From the NCBI GenBank assembly GCA_905214305.1, contig CAJMLK010000002.1, forward strand, positions 17,163 through 81,162: DNA of 64,000 nucleotides, written 5' to 3'. A program made the position numbers and the translations under genes. How positions within the stretch are numbered: the first letter of the stretch is position 1; every line of letters begins with the position of its first letter. Positions 50,505 to 61,158 of this stretch are shown here, one piece after another. A model generated the notes under the pieces. It saw only the letters and a list, made by a program, of their open reading frames with translations. It did no database searches and was not told where the DNA came from. The DNA comes from an uncultured bacterium. Lineage in GTDB: Bacteria; Desulfobacterota; Desulfovibrionia; Desulfovibrionales; Desulfovibrionaceae.

Positions 50505-52091
50505 CTAGGATTCCGGGCGCAACAGGGGGAAGAGGATAACCTCGCGTATGGAGGCGGAGTCTGTCAGCAGCATGACCAGCCGGTCAATGCCCACTCCCTG
50601 ACCGGCAGCCGGGGGCATGCCGTATTCAAGGGCGCGCAGGTAGTCCTCGTCCATGCTGTGTGCCTCATCGTCCCCGGCTTCCTTTTCGCGTACCTGATCT
50701 TCAAAGCGCAGGCGCTGGTCAACGGGATCGTTAAGCTCTGAAAACGCATTGGATATCTCGCGACCGGTAATGAAAAGCTCAAAACGGTCGGTCAGGCCGG
50801 GATCATTGTCGTTACGGCGCGACAGGGGCGAGATTTCCGTGGGGTAGTGGTAGATGAAATGCGGCTGCACGAGCTTGCCTTCCACATCCAGATCAAAGAG
50901 CTTGGCATGCAGTTTTTGCAGGCTTTCGCTGTCGGCGGCCTTTTCGCCGCGCTGGCGGATGTAGTTTTGCACTCTGGTGTAGTCATTGTAGAATTCCGGC
51001 TGGTGGCCGCCAATGACCGTGAGTGAATCGTAAAAGCTCATGCGCGTCCACTTGCCGGGCGTGAGGTCGATCATTTCGCCCTGATAGGGAACAACGGTGG
51101 TTCCGCACACGGTTTGCGCCAGGTGCGCAAAAAGCTTTTCCGTCAGGTCCATGAGGTCTTCAAACGTGGCGTAGGCCCAGTAGAATTCACACATGGTGAA
51201 TTCCGGATTGTGCCTCGTGTCGATGCCTTCATTGCGGAAGTTGCGGTTAAGCTCAAATACCTTTTCAAACCCGCCCACAAGCAGGCGCTTGAGGTACAGC
51301 TCCGGCGCAATGCGCATGTACAGGCCCATGTCCAGAGCATTGTGATGGGTTTTGAAGGGCTTGGCCGCCGCTCCCCCCGCGAGGGGCTGCATCATGGGTG
51401 TTTCCACTTCCATAAAGCCGTGGTCTTCCATGAAGTGGCGGAACTCGCGCACAATCTGGCTGCGCTTGAAAAATATTTCGCGGGCGCGCGGCGTGACGAT
51501 AAGGTCTACGTAGCGCTGCCGGTAGCGCGTTTCCATATCCTTGAGCCCGTGGTACTTTTCGGGCAGGGGACGCATGGAGCGCGTGATAAGTTTTATGGTG
51601 CGGCAGGCAATGGTCAGTTCGCCCGTTTTGGTACGAAAAAGATGCCCGGAAACGCCGACAATATCGCCGATATCGAGCTTTTTTACCAGGTTGTGCGTGG
51701 CCTCGTCCAGGTGTTCGCGCGCGGCGTAGCACTGCACGCGGCCCGTCTGGTCCATGATGTGAAAAAAGGCCACCTTGCCGAAAGAGCGAAGCGAAACTAT
51801 GCGCCCGGCAATGGCGACAACGTCTTCCTGGGTTTCAAGGGCATCACCCTCAAGATTGCCGAATTTTTCCAGCACCCAGGAAATGGAGTGTTCCTTGCGG
51901 AAATCGTTGGGAAAGAGCGGTACGCCCGCGTCCATGAGATCGCAGGATTTGACCACGCGGTTTTTTACAACCTCGTTCAACCCTTCACGTGCGGCAAAGC
52001 TTTCCAACATGGGCATAAAATAGCCCGCGTATTTAGACTTGGTGCCCAGCTTGACGGCAGGCTTTTTATTCTTCTTTTCCCGATTTTCCAC
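50505..52091 (-). CDS. lysS: lysine--tRNA ligase (class II)
   Basis: Class II motifs FRNEGID...HNPEFTMCEFYWAY...GGAAAKPF, an N-terminal OB fold, and the C-terminal GIDRLVMLLTD. GTG start with AGGAG RBS. Confidence 0.9.
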   Translation of the reverse strand: MENREKKNKKPAVKLGTKSKYAGYFMPMLESFAAREGLNEVVKNRVVKSCDLMDAGVPLFPNDFRKEHSISWVLEKFGNLEGDALETQEDVVAIAGRIVSLRSFGKVAFFHIMDQTGRVQCYAAREHLDEATHNLVKKLDIGDIVGVSGHLFRTKTGELTIACRTIKLITRSMRPLPEKYHGLKDMETRYRQRYVDLIVTPRAREIFFKRSQIVREFRHFMEDHGFMEVETPMMQPLAGGAAAKPFKTHHNALDMGLYMRIAPELYLKRLLVGGFEKVFELNRNFRNEGIDTRHNPEFTMCEFYWAYATFEDLMDLTEKLFAHLAQTVCGTTVVPYQGEMIDLTPGKWTRMSFYDSLTVIGGHQPEFYNDYTRVQNYIRQRGEKAADSESLQKLHAKLFDLDVEGKLVQPHFIYHYPTEISPLSRRNDNDPGLTDRFELFITGREISNAFSELNDPVDQRLRFEDQVREKEAGDDEAHSMDEDYLRALEYGMPPAAGQGVGIDRLVMLLTDSASIREVILFPLLRPES

Positions 52092-52298
52092 TGAAAAACT
52101 CCTGAGATGCCCGGTCTTAAAGGATTGTAACGGTATGCCATTCGCGAAGAAGCGTCAAGGATGGCGTGCGCATGTCCTTGGCGCCGCGCAATGCCCTGTT
52201 TGGCCTTGAAGTTCGTGAGGCTTGCGTATATAGCTTTTTTTTCCCTGTGACACCTTCCCGTGGCCCTGCCACGGATCATTTCCGTAAGGACAAGCGTC

Positions 52299-52862
52299 AT
52301 GCACAAGTACACCGCCTCTTTTCTGGGGCGCGACTGCCCCGGAGTGGTGGCCGCAGTCAGCCGTATTCTTGAAGAAAACGGCTGCAACATCGAAGAAGTG
52401 ACCCAGACCATTCTTTCCGGCGAATTTGCCGCCATTTTTGTGGTGGCCGCCCCCGATGCCCTTGATGCCCAGAACCTGCACCAGCGGCTCAGCGCCAGTC
52501 TGGCCGAGGCCAAGGTGGATCTTTCGGTGCTGGTGCGGCCCGCCATTCAGGGGCAGTGGGGCCAGACCCTGCACTGCGAACCCTTTGTGGTCACTGCCGA
52601 CGGCCCCGACAAGCCCGGTCTTATCGCTGCCATGAGCCGCGTGTTCGCCCGCCATGACGTGAATATTGAAAGCCTCAAGGCTATTCTGGGTGAGGGGGGA
52701 ACCAATCATGCCCTTTTTGTGTTTGAGGTCATGGTTCCTGATGCCGTTGACCTTGGCCGCCTGCGGCGCGAGCTTTCCTGCGAGGGGCAGAGCCGCGATC
52801 TGCGCGTGAGCGTGCAGCACAGGGATATTTTTGAGGCTGTTCACCGGGTCAGCTCTTTCTAG
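52299..52862 (+). CDS. ACT domain protein (UPF0237/GcvR-like), partner of UPF0210
   Basis: Two ACT-like halves (FLGRDCPGVVAAVSRILEENGCNIEEV; ADGPDKPGLIAAMSRVFARHDVNIESL). Start MHKYTASFLG at 52299. Confidence 0.65.
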   Translation: MHKYTASFLGRDCPGVVAAVSRILEENGCNIEEVTQTILSGEFAAIFVVAAPDALDAQNLHQRLSASLAEAKVDLSVLVRPAIQGQWGQTLHCEPFVVTADGPDKPGLIAAMSRVFARHDVNIESLKAILGEGGTNHALFVFEVMVPDAVDLGRLRRELSCEGQSRDLRVSVQHRDIFEAVHRVSSF

Positions 52863-53045
52863 AGCATCCTGACTTTGAAAAAGTGTACATGCTCCTGCGC
52901 TGCACTAAATGCAGCGCGCCGCAACGTGACGTGGATTCAGGCGAAAATCGCATTTTTCGGCTGAATGAAAGCTTTGAGATGTGAAGCATTTCAAAGCTGA
53001 TCTGCTCCAGAGCTTTTTTGCCTTGCAACCATACAGGATACCGAC

Positions 53046-54431
53046 ATGCTTTCCGAACGCGAAGTCATAAGCACACTTAACATGCTCCGCAACGAGCATC
53101 TGGACGTGCGCACCGTCACCCTGGGCGTGAGCCTGTTTGATTGCGTGAGCCACGATCTGGAGCTTTTTACCGCCAACGTGCAGGCCAAAATCCGCCGCTA
53201 CGCCTCGCAGCTTGTGTCTGTCTGTAATGAGGTGGGCGACAAATACGGCATTCCCGTGGTGAACAAGCGCATCAGCGTCAGCCCCATTGCGGTGGTGGGT
53301 GCGCCTTTTGGCCCCGACGGCATGGTGCGCGTGTGCAAGGCCCTTGACGAGGCCGCCAAGGAGGCGGGCGTGGACTTTCTGGGCGGATTTTCCGCTCTGG
53401 TTGAAAAGGGCTTTGCCAATGGCGACCGCGCCCTTATTGAGGCGCTGCCCGAAGCTCTGGCGCAGACCGACCGCATCTGCTCGTCCATCAACGTGGCTTC
53501 GTCGCGCAGCGGCATCAATATGGACGCCGTGGCCCTGATGGGCCGCCAGATACTCAAGGTGGCCGAAGCCACGGCCGACCGTGGCGGCATCGGCTGCGCC
53601 AAGCTGGTGGTTTTTGCCAACATTCCGCAGGACGTGCCCTTCATGGCTGGCGCCTACCTTGGCGTGGGCGAGCCTGATGTGGTGATCAACGTGGGTGTTT
53701 CCGGCCCCGGTGTGGTGAAAAAAGCTCTGGACCGCGCCCGCGAGGCGGGCCGCAATGAAAAGGGCGCTCCCCTGACCCTGCTGGACATGGCCGAGGTCAT
53801 CAAGCGCACGGCATACAAGGTGACCCGCGTGGGCGAAATGATCGGCACAGAGGTGGCGACCCGTCTGGGCATCCCCTTTGGCGTGGCCGACCTTTCTCTG
53901 GCCCCCACCCCGGCGGTGGGCGACTCGGTGGGCGAAATTTTTCAGAGCCTGGGGCTTTCGAGCATCGGCGCGCCCGGCACTACTGCCGTGCTGGCCATGC
54001 TCAATGACGCCGTGAAAAAAGGCGGCGCTTTTGCCTCTTCTTCTGTGGGCGGCCTTTCGGGGGCTTTTATCCCCGTGTCGGAAGACTCAAGCATCGAGGC
54101 GGCCGCTACCGCTGGTCTGCTCAGCATTGAAAAGCTGGAAGCCATGACCAGCGTGTGCTCGGTGGGGCTGGACATGATCGCCATCCCCGGCGACACACCG
54201 GCAACCACCATTTCAGGCATCATTGCTGACGAAATGGCTATCGGCATGATCAACCACAAGACCACGGCGGTGCGCCTCATACCCGTGCCCGGCAAGGGCG
54301 TGGGCGAGGAAGTGTCGTTTGGCGGTCTGCTTGGCAAGGCGGCCATCATGCCTGTGCCCGGCGGCAATGCCGAAGATTTTATTACCCTTGGGGGGCGCAT
54401 TCCCGCGCCCATTCACAGCCTCAAGAACTAG
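53046..54431 (+). CDS. UPF0210/DUF711 (PFL-like) family protein
   Basis: N-terminus [30 protein letters not shown] is characteristic of UPF0210. 461 aa. Conserved adjacency to the ACT protein. Confidence 0.65.
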   Translation: MLSEREVISTLNMLRNEHLDVRTVTLGVSLFDCVSHDLELFTANVQAKIRRYASQLVSVCNEVGDKYGIPVVNKRISVSPIAVVGAPFGPDGMVRVCKALDEAAKEAGVDFLGGFSALVEKGFANGDRALIEALPEALAQTDRICSSINVASSRSGINMDAVALMGRQILKVAEATADRGGIGCAKLVVFANIPQDVPFMAGAYLGVGEPDVVINVGVSGPGVVKKALDRAREAGRNEKGAPLTLLDMAEVIKRTAYKVTRVGEMIGTEVATRLGIPFGVADLSLAPTPAVGDSVGEIFQSLGLSSIGAPGTTAVLAMLNDAVKKGGAFASSSVGGLSGAFIPVSEDSSIEAAATAGLLSIEKLEAMTSVCSVGLDMIAIPGDTPATTISGIIADEMAIGMINHKTTAVRLIPVPGKGVGEEVSFGGLLGKAAIMPVPGGNAEDFITLGGRIPAPIHSLKN

Positions 54432-54653
54432 CGCCGTTTCCGGACGCATCTTTGCATGAAAACATCCCGCCCCGGCGGGATGTTTTCTTTTCTGGCGGCA
54501 TGCAGCACAAGCGGGCGCGCGCTGCCTTGGGCTGCCCGGCCGGCGCAGACCGGTTTGACCGGCTGGTGAATATTTGTCATAGGTTTACTGTCCGGAACCG
54601 CACGCTTCGCAGGTGAAGCGCGTGTCCGGCAAAACATGATCAAGGAGACAGCC

Positions 54654-54980
54654 ATGCTGAAAACAAAAATTGTGGCAGCGGCCTTTCTTGCTATGTTTGT
54701 AGCGGGTTGTAGCTCATCACCGGAATGCGATTCCAGCGATGGTAAAAAGTATGCCAAAAAAATCATGCAGTCCTATGCGCAGGAGCTGGGCATAAAGGAC
54801 CCGCATATCAGCTTTGAGAGCTTCAAGACCCTGAGCGGCGATAAAAAATCCTGCAAATGCGTGGTCACGGCCGTTATGGGCGACAAGGCCGCCGAAGATG
54901 CCTCGGGCCTGAAGTATGCCCTGGAATTTGAGCTGCCGGAAACGGAGAATGGTCGCTACTATATTGAAATGATAAATTAG
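54654..54980 (+). CDS. hypothetical small lipoprotein
   Basis: AAGGAGA RBS. Signal peptide ending AGCSS lipobox. 108 aa. Confidence 0.55.
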   Translation: MLKTKIVAAAFLAMFVAGCSSSPECDSSDGKKYAKKIMQSYAQELGIKDPHISFESFKTLSGDKKSCKCVVTAVMGDKAAEDASGLKYALEFELPETENGRYYIEMIN

Positions 54981-55576
54981 TTTTGTTTGCAGCAAGTTTT
55001 TGGCACGCGATTTTTGCCTCCTGTGCGTGGGGTGGACAAGAATGGTGTTCCTGAGGTATCAGGCCAGAGCAGTTGCAAGTGGAATTGCTCTGGCGCTTGA
55101 TGGCGTGACCCGCCTGCGCGTCAGGAGGGCACGTCAGGCATGCTCCTGACCTTGCTCAGGGCTTGCTGCTGAAGACAGTGCTGCTGCCTGTCCGCACGGG
55201 CCAATGCCCGGTCGGGCGGCGTAAAATCTCGAACGTATCTTCGCACCGCTGCCGGTTCTGCCTCCCCGACATTTCTTGATGCGCCTGCCAGTGCGTCCGC
55301 ATTCAGGGCGCCTGCGCTGTCAATGATGCTTTTCGGCCTCCGATCCTCGTCTTTTCCGGCCAGCGGATTTTTTCGCTGTTGATCCCTTCCCGCTGGCTAT
55401 CGGCTTCATGCCCTTTTGTTCTTGCCGCAGCAATTCTGTCCGGCTTGACCGTCGTCTTTCATGACCCCGGCAAAAGGGTGTGTCCGCTGCTTTCACGCAT
55501 GGAAGCACGGCATGACCGCATCCCGGATAAAGCGCCGGAATGTTCCGGTGCATAACACTAAAAAGGAAAATATAAT

Positions 55577-55988
55577 GAAATATCGTAAAGTAATAGGCGC
55601 TTCACTGTGCGCCGGTATCGTGGGCCTTTGTGTGTGGGCCGGAGAAGCTTCGGCTGAAGGCATCTGCCAGCAGAAAATGGCCCATATCCAGCGCCAGATA
55701 GATTATGCCAAGAAGCACAACAATCCCATGCAGGTGGCCGGACTTGAGCGCGCCCTGGATAATGTGCGCACATGGTGCACCGACGACGGCGAACTTGCCG
55801 AAGCGGAAATAGCCGTCATGGAAAAGCAGGAAAAGGTGCAGGAGCGTCAGGCTGAACTGGACAAGGACGTTGCCCAGGGCAAGCAGGCCAGCAAGATCGC
55901 CAAGCGCAAGCAGAAGCTGCAGGAAGCGCAGACCGAACTGCAGGAAGCTGAAAAGGTTCGCGACACCATGAAGGCCAGCAAGAAGTAG
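55577..55988 (+). CDS. DUF1090 family periplasmic protein (YqjC-like)
   Basis: AAAAGGAAAA RBS and a signal peptide. EGICQQKMAHIQRQIDYAKKHNN resembles the DUF1090/YqjC N-terminus. K/E/Q-rich coiled-coil tail. Confidence 0.5.
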
Positions 55989-56125
55989 CGGAGCCTTTAT
56001 GACATTTACGCATTGAGAATATCTATTCTCAATGCTTCCAAACGTTCAAAGAAGGATGGCGGTTCGGCACAAGGCCGGAACCGCCATCTTTTTTGTTCGT
56101 GTGGCTTCAGGGATGTTGCGGCAGG

Positions 56126-56911
56126 CTACTGCACCAGCGGGGCAAGAAAAAATTGCCAGATCAGGGTGAGCAGCAGCAGCGACAGCGAGACCATGAGAAA
56201 GCGTCGCACAGCAGCGGGCCCAACGCGGATGGCAAGGCGACTGCCAAGCCAGTTGCCCACGCAGCAGGCGGCAGCCATGGGCAGGGCCAGACTCCACAGC
56301 ACCACGCCGTTGATCATGAACACCACCACCCCCGCAAAGTTGGATGCGAGGTTCAGCACCTTGGATGTGGCGGATGCCTCCATAAGGCCCATGCGCAAGA
56401 TCCAGTGAAAGGCAAGAATCAGAAAACTGCCTGTTCCGGGACCGAAAAATCCGTCATACGCGCCAATGACAAGGCAGACCAGCGGCGTCATCAGCCACAG
56501 GCGGGGGCCGTGCATGTCGGCTTCGCTACAGGCGCGCGCGCGTTCCTTGCGGGGCATGAGGGTGGCGCACATGCCCAGGGGCAGCAGCCCCACAAGAATT
56601 TTGCCCAGCAGGGCGGGTTCGGTGTGCAGGGCCAGACGCGCTCCGGCCCAGGAGCCCATGAGGGCAAAGGCCAGACCCGTCAGGGCCACGCGCCAGAGCA
56701 CAAGACGGCTGCGGGCAAAGTTGCCCAGCGCCACGCACGTACCCAGGCAGGCGCTGAACTTGTTGGCGCCAAGGGCGGCGTGTGGCGGCACACCCGTGAG
56801 CAGGAGGGCGGGCATGGTCACGAGGCCGCCTCCACCGGCGATAGCGTCTATGAAACCACCGGCGAAAGCGGCGGCAATGCCCACCAGCAAAGGGACAAGA
56901 CCTATTTCCAC
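56126..56911 (-). CDS. sulfite exporter TauE/SafE family membrane protein
   Basis: GTG start with AAGGAG RBS. Glycine-rich TM helices (GGFIDAIAGGGGLVTMPALL) typical of TauE/SafE; about 8 TM. Confidence 0.65.
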   Translation of the reverse strand: MEIGLVPLLVGIAAAFAGGFIDAIAGGGGLVTMPALLLTGVPPHAALGANKFSACLGTCVALGNFARSRLVLWRVALTGLAFALMGSWAGARLALHTEPALLGKILVGLLPLGMCATLMPRKERARACSEADMHGPRLWLMTPLVCLVIGAYDGFFGPGTGSFLILAFHWILRMGLMEASATSKVLNLASNFAGVVVFMINGVVLWSLALPMAAACCVGNWLGSRLAIRVGPAAVRRFLMVSLSLLLLTLIWQFFLAPLVQ

Positions 56912-56912
56912 G

Positions 56913-57260
56913 TTACCACTCCTTAAAGATGATCCAGGCGGCCAGCACGATGAGGGCAAAGCCCGCAACGTGGTTCCAGCGCAGGGGTTCGTGCAGCCAG
57001 AGGCTGGAAAAAACCATGAAAACCGTCAGGGAAATGACTTCCTGTATGGTTTTCAGTTCAGCAGCGGAAAAATGCCCGTAACCGATGCGGTTGGCAGGGA
57101 CCTGAAGCAGATATTCAAAAAAGGCCAGTCCCCAGCTTGCCAGAATGACCACGGGCAGGGCCGTGCCCTTGTAGCGCAAATGGCCGTACCAGGCGAAGGT
57201 CATGAATATGTTTGATGCAATCAGAAGGCCGATGGTGGCCGCGGGTACGGGTATGTTCAT
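56913..57260 (-). CDS. DUF486/DMT-like small membrane protein
   Basis: 115 aa with 4 TM. FMTFAWYGHL...LKTIQEVISLTVF matches the DUF486 family often paired with TauE-like genes. Confidence 0.55.
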   Translation of the reverse strand: MNIPVPAATIGLLIASNIFMTFAWYGHLRYKGTALPVVILASWGLAFFEYLLQVPANRIGYGHFSAAELKTIQEVISLTVFMVFSSLWLHEPLRWNHVAGFALIVLAAWIIFKEW

Positions 57261-57656
57261 GGCGTATCAGCAAGCCTTGTCTGTAGGGCGGCAGAAGCGC
57301 GCCCGGTGGTGTCGGGACAGTCCAGAGGCATACCCGCGGCCGTGCGGCGAGTCAATGACCGCCTGTAAAGCAAAAGAAAACGCCCGGTATTGTCCGGGCG
57401 CTTTCTTTTGCTTTTTGTGCGGGCTGATGTCTGCCCGGCAGGAGGACTTCCCGGCGCGGTCTTGCATGGCGACCACGCCGGAAAGGCAGATTCCAGAGCC
57501 GTCCGGGCGTGCGGCAGGCCACCGGCGGTGGCGGGAGCGGACGTCGGCCCTGAAGGCACACATCAGCTTTTGCCGCTGGCGGGCCAGTGCTGCCGGACGC
57601 CGTGCGGGCGTTGGCTGGCACTGCCGCGAAAGCAGTTTTGCCGTGAACCTGCCCTA

Positions 57657-57790
57657 GAGCATTTAACACTTGAAATGCTCGCTTACGGCAGGCAAAAGCC
57701 TGCCTTCGCGCATTTCGTGGCAAGGATTTTCAAGAAAATCCCTGCAGGGCAGTCAACTCATTTCATTCGCTAATTGCCCTAGTGATTCTG
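57657..57790. repeat. ~125-bp MITE-like element, copy 1 (direct repeat of 60776-60902)
   Basis: Sequence ctagagcatttaacacttgaaatgctcgcttacggcaggcaaaagcctgccttcgcgcatttcgtggcaaggattttcaagaaaatccctgcagggcagtcaactcatttcattcgctaattgccctag. Its end overlaps the thiC stop codon. Confidence 0.75.
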
Positions 57791-59059
57791 AAGCATCTTG
57801 ACCGCGCAGAACTTGCCGCACATGGCGCAGACTTCTTCTGTCTTGTGCTCCTCGCGGCGCTGTTCAAGCATTTTCGGATCAAGGGCGGCCCTGGTCATGC
57901 CTTCCCAGTCCAGAGCCTTGCGGGCTGCGTTCATGGCTGCCTCGCGTGCCGTGGCGCGGGGGTGGCCCAGTGCCACTTCGCCCACATGAGCGGCCACGCG
58001 CGAAGCCATGACCCCGGCGCGCACGTCGGCCTCGTCAGGCAGGGTGAGGTGCTCGGCGGGGGTGAGGTAGCAGAGAAAGTCCACGCCTGCTTCCACGCCC
58101 AGCGCACCACCGATGGCTCCGGCGATGTGGTCGTAGCCCGGTGCGCTGTCGCAGCACAGGGGGCCGAGAACGTAGAGCGGTGCATTGTGGGTGAGGCGCT
58201 TTATGCCCTGAATCTGGGTACGCACCTGATTAAGCGGCACATGCCCGGGGCCTTCGATCATGCACTGCACGCCGCGTTCGAGCGCGTACTTGGCAAGGCG
58301 GCCCAGATTGATGACTTCTTCCCACTGGGCGGCATCACCCGCGTCAACGCCGGCGCCGGGGCGCAGGCCGTCACCGAGGGAGAGGGTGACGTTGTAGGGG
58401 CGGCAGATGTCGAGCAGGCGGTCAAAGTATTCCAGCAGGGGGTTTTCGCGGTCGTTTTCCAGCATCCAGCGGGCCAGCATGGAGCCGCCGCGCGAGACAA
58501 TGCCAAGAACACGGTTGTTTTTGACGGCCATTTCGGCCCCGCGCCGCGAAAGGCCGCAGTGAACGGTAACAAAGTCCACGCCCTGCCGGGCCTGCTTGGC
58601 GATTTCCTCAAACAGCTCATCGGGATTCATGCTGGCAATGTCGCGATCCGCGTCCAGAATGCGCTGGCCTACGGCGTACAGGGGAACAGTGCCGAGGGGC
58701 CGGGGGCAGGCGTCCAGCATGCCGAGGCGCAGGGCGTCCAGATCACCGGCGATGGAAAGATCCATGACCGTGTCGGCTCCGGCCTCGAGAGCGGCCTGAA
58801 TCTTGCGTTCTTCAGTACGGGGGCAGTTGCTCAGGGGAGACGTGCCGATATTGGCATTTACCTTGATTCTGGCGGGCTGGCCCACAAGGATGGGCTTCAG
58901 CCCCTTGTGGGCGGGGTTGCCCAGCAGAACCATAGTACCGGCCTCAAGGGCAGCGGTGACGCTTTGGGCGTCCAGCTGCTCTTCGGCGGACAAGCTGTCC
59001 AGGTGGGAGTCCAGAAGGTCGCGCAACGCGGCGTTCTGAGAAAAAAGTGTGGTAGACAT
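57779..59059 (-). CDS. thiC: phosphomethylpyrimidine synthase
   Basis: Radical-SAM ThiC C-terminal CxxCxxxxC (CAMCGKFCAV) and conserved core. 426 aa. Confidence 0.9.
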   Translation of the reverse strand: MSTTLFSQNAALRDLLDSHLDSLSAEEQLDAQSVTAALEAGTMVLLGNPAHKGLKPILVGQPARIKVNANIGTSPLSNCPRTEERKIQAALEAGADTVMDLSIAGDLDALRLGMLDACPRPLGTVPLYAVGQRILDADRDIASMNPDELFEEIAKQARQGVDFVTVHCGLSRRGAEMAVKNNRVLGIVSRGGSMLARWMLENDRENPLLEYFDRLLDICRPYNVTLSLGDGLRPGAGVDAGDAAQWEEVINLGRLAKYALERGVQCMIEGPGHVPLNQVRTQIQGIKRLTHNAPLYVLGPLCCDSAPGYDHIAGAIGGALGVEAGVDFLCYLTPAEHLTLPDEADVRAGVMASRVAAHVGEVALGHPRATAREAAMNAARKALDWEGMTRAALDPKMLEQRREEHKTEEVCAMCGKFCAVKMLQNH

Positions 59060-59084
59060 GTGTGCCTCGCGGGTTGCGACGCAG

Positions 59085-59225
59085 GGCGCAAAAAAACCAC
59101 AAGCAGCGGAACAGCCTGTGGCCGCGGCTTCCCTCCGGCAGTGCGAACTGCGTCAGGTTCAAGGGTCTGGGAGATCCCACTCTCAGCAGCGCATCGTGCA
59201 TGCACGGCTCCCCTAGCTCGGGATG
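59085..59225 (-). ncRNA. TPP (THI-box) riboswitch with terminator-type expression platform
   Basis: Minus strand reads CUAGGGGAGCC...GCUGAGAGUGGGAUCUCCCAGACCCUUGAACCUGACGCAGUUCGCACUGCCGGAGGGAAGC, matching conserved GGGG.GCC / CUGAGA / ACCC.UGAACCUGA / GGGAA THI-box elements. It is followed by GCCACAGG...CUUGUGGUUUUUUU, then GAGG and ATG of thiC. Confidence 0.75.
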
Positions 59226-59403
59226 GACTATATCCCCGCAGCAGACGTATGTAAAGTGGGGACTGCGGTTTCGCAAAAACCGGCGGAACAGCGGGCGCGC
59301 GCGGTCGGGCAGGGATTGCTGTTTTTCATATCTATTCAATATGAATTAACAAAGTGAACGCAACATGATTCACCATCTTGCTTTCCTTTCGCGGACGGCA
59401 TAA

Positions 59404-60777
59404 ATGGGGGGCATGCAGAGGAACAGATTTTTCAGCCCTCTTACGTGGCCCGTATTTTCCTTTCTGGCGGTTATTGTCGTGGGCGCAGTTCTGCTGCACA
59501 TGCCTGTGAGTCTGCAGGAAGGCCAGAGGCTCAGCCCCATTGATGCGGCCTTTCTCGCCACGTCGGCTGTTTGCGTTACCGGCCTGACCCCTGTGGACAT
59601 CAGCGTGGTGCTCAGCCCCGCCGGTGTGATGGTGCTGCTTTTTCTCGTGCAGCTGGGCGGCCTTGGCGTCATGACCTATACGAGCATCATTTTTTTGCTC
59701 TGGCGAAACTCCGTACCCTTCACCAGCCGTGAGGCCGTGAGTCAGGCGCTGCTTGGCGACGATTTCAACCTCAAGGGTTTTCTTTTGCAGGTGCTGGCGC
59801 TGGTATTCAGCATCGAGCTTGTCACGGCCTTGCTGCTTCATTGGCATGACCCCGTGTTTTTTCACCCCATCAGCGCGGCATTTCATGCTGTTTCGGCCTT
59901 CTGCAATGCGGGTTTTTCGCTCAGCCCCAACAGCCTCATGAATTTCAGGGATGATGTGGCGGTCAACGTCATCATCGCGGCCAGCGTCTTTTTGGGCAGC
60001 ATCGGCTTTGGCGTACTGCGCGAAGCTCTGGGCATCATTTCCGGCGGGCGCATGGGCGTTCCCGTGCGCAAGTTCAGCCGTTTCAGCCGCCTTGTGCTCA
60101 AGACAACGGTTTTTCTTATTGTGGTCGGCGCGACGGTGGGATTTGTCATCGAGTTCTGGCGGGTGGGCAACGAGCATGCGCTGGGCGACGGCTTTGATCT
60201 GGCCCTTACGGCGTTTTTTCAGGCAGCGGTGGCACGTACGGCCGGTTTTAATACCGTCAATATGAGCAGCCTGAGCGAGGCCACTCTGCTGGTGCTCATG
60301 GCGCTCATGTTCGTGGGCGGCGGCCCGGGTTCGTGCGCCGGGGGCATCAAGGTGGTGACCTTCAGGGTGCTGGTGGGCTATATTGCCGCCCAGTTCCGCG
60401 GCGACAGGCAGATCGTGCTTGAGGGCAGGGGCGTACCGGCAGAAAACGTAAGTCGCGCTCTGACCCTGTTTTTTTTCTATTCCATGCTGGTGGGGATTTC
60501 CACATTTCTGCTCAGCATTACGGAATACGGCATACTGCACGGGACCGGCGGCGAAGGGCCGTCCTTTTTGCGCATTCTGTTTGAAGAGGTTTCGGCCCTT
60601 GGCACTGTGGGGCTTTCGATGAACCTGACCCCGGAGCTGAGTGCCGAGGGCAAGGGCGTTATTATTGTAAACATGTTTGCCGGGCGCGTGGGCCTGCTGA
60701 GCCTGCTCATGGCCGTGCAGAGCCTTCAGCCGCGCAAGGCGTATACCGTGGCGGAAACGCAACTGCCCATCGGCTAG
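59404..60777 (+). CDS. trkH: Trk/Ktr-type potassium uptake membrane protein
   Basis: Repeated M-P-M units with selectivity-filter-like glycine motifs (VTGLT, NAGFS, TAGFN, GTVGLS). 457 aa. Confidence 0.8.
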   Translation: MGGMQRNRFFSPLTWPVFSFLAVIVVGAVLLHMPVSLQEGQRLSPIDAAFLATSAVCVTGLTPVDISVVLSPAGVMVLLFLVQLGGLGVMTYTSIIFLLWRNSVPFTSREAVSQALLGDDFNLKGFLLQVLALVFSIELVTALLLHWHDPVFFHPISAAFHAVSAFCNAGFSLSPNSLMNFRDDVAVNVIIAASVFLGSIGFGVLREALGIISGGRMGVPVRKFSRFSRLVLKTTVFLIVVGATVGFVIEFWRVGNEHALGDGFDLALTAFFQAAVARTAGFNTVNMSSLSEATLLVLMALMFVGGGPGSCAGGIKVVTFRVLVGYIAAQFRGDRQIVLEGRGVPAENVSRALTLFFFYSMLVGISTFLLSITEYGILHGTGGEGPSFLRILFEEVSALGTVGLSMNLTPELSAEGKGVIIVNMFAGRVGLLSLLMAVQSLQPRKAYTVAETQLPIG

Positions 60778-60902
60778 AGCATTTAACACTTGAAATGCTC
60801 GCTTACGGCAGGCAAAAGCCTGCCTTCTCGCATTTCGTGGCAAGGATTTTCAAGGAAATTCTTGCAGAGCAGTTAACTCATTTCATTCGTTAACTGCTCT
60901 GG
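60776..60902. repeat. ~125-bp MITE-like element, copy 2
   Basis: About 90% identical to 57657-57790. Begins on the trkH stop codon (ggCTAGagcattt) and ends ...taactgctctgg (inverted terminus). Confidence 0.75.
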
Positions 60903-61158
60903 TTGCCGGTTGCGAAAAGTGGCCCAGGCGCTTTTTGCAGATATGGTTGCGCTGAAAAGGGCGCTGCCTTCGGCCCGAAGGCCCGGCGGCTTTTTCGGTG
61001 TTCCCGAAACCGTTTTTTGTCCCTGACTGCAATGCTGTGCAGAGAAAGCAGCATTCGGGTTTTGCCCGGCATGCCGACGAGGTTCTGGCCTTGCCCGGTC
61101 TTTGCGGCGGAGGGGTTCCGGCGCGTGTCGCCCGGATACAGCACGGAGAAAGAAAGAG

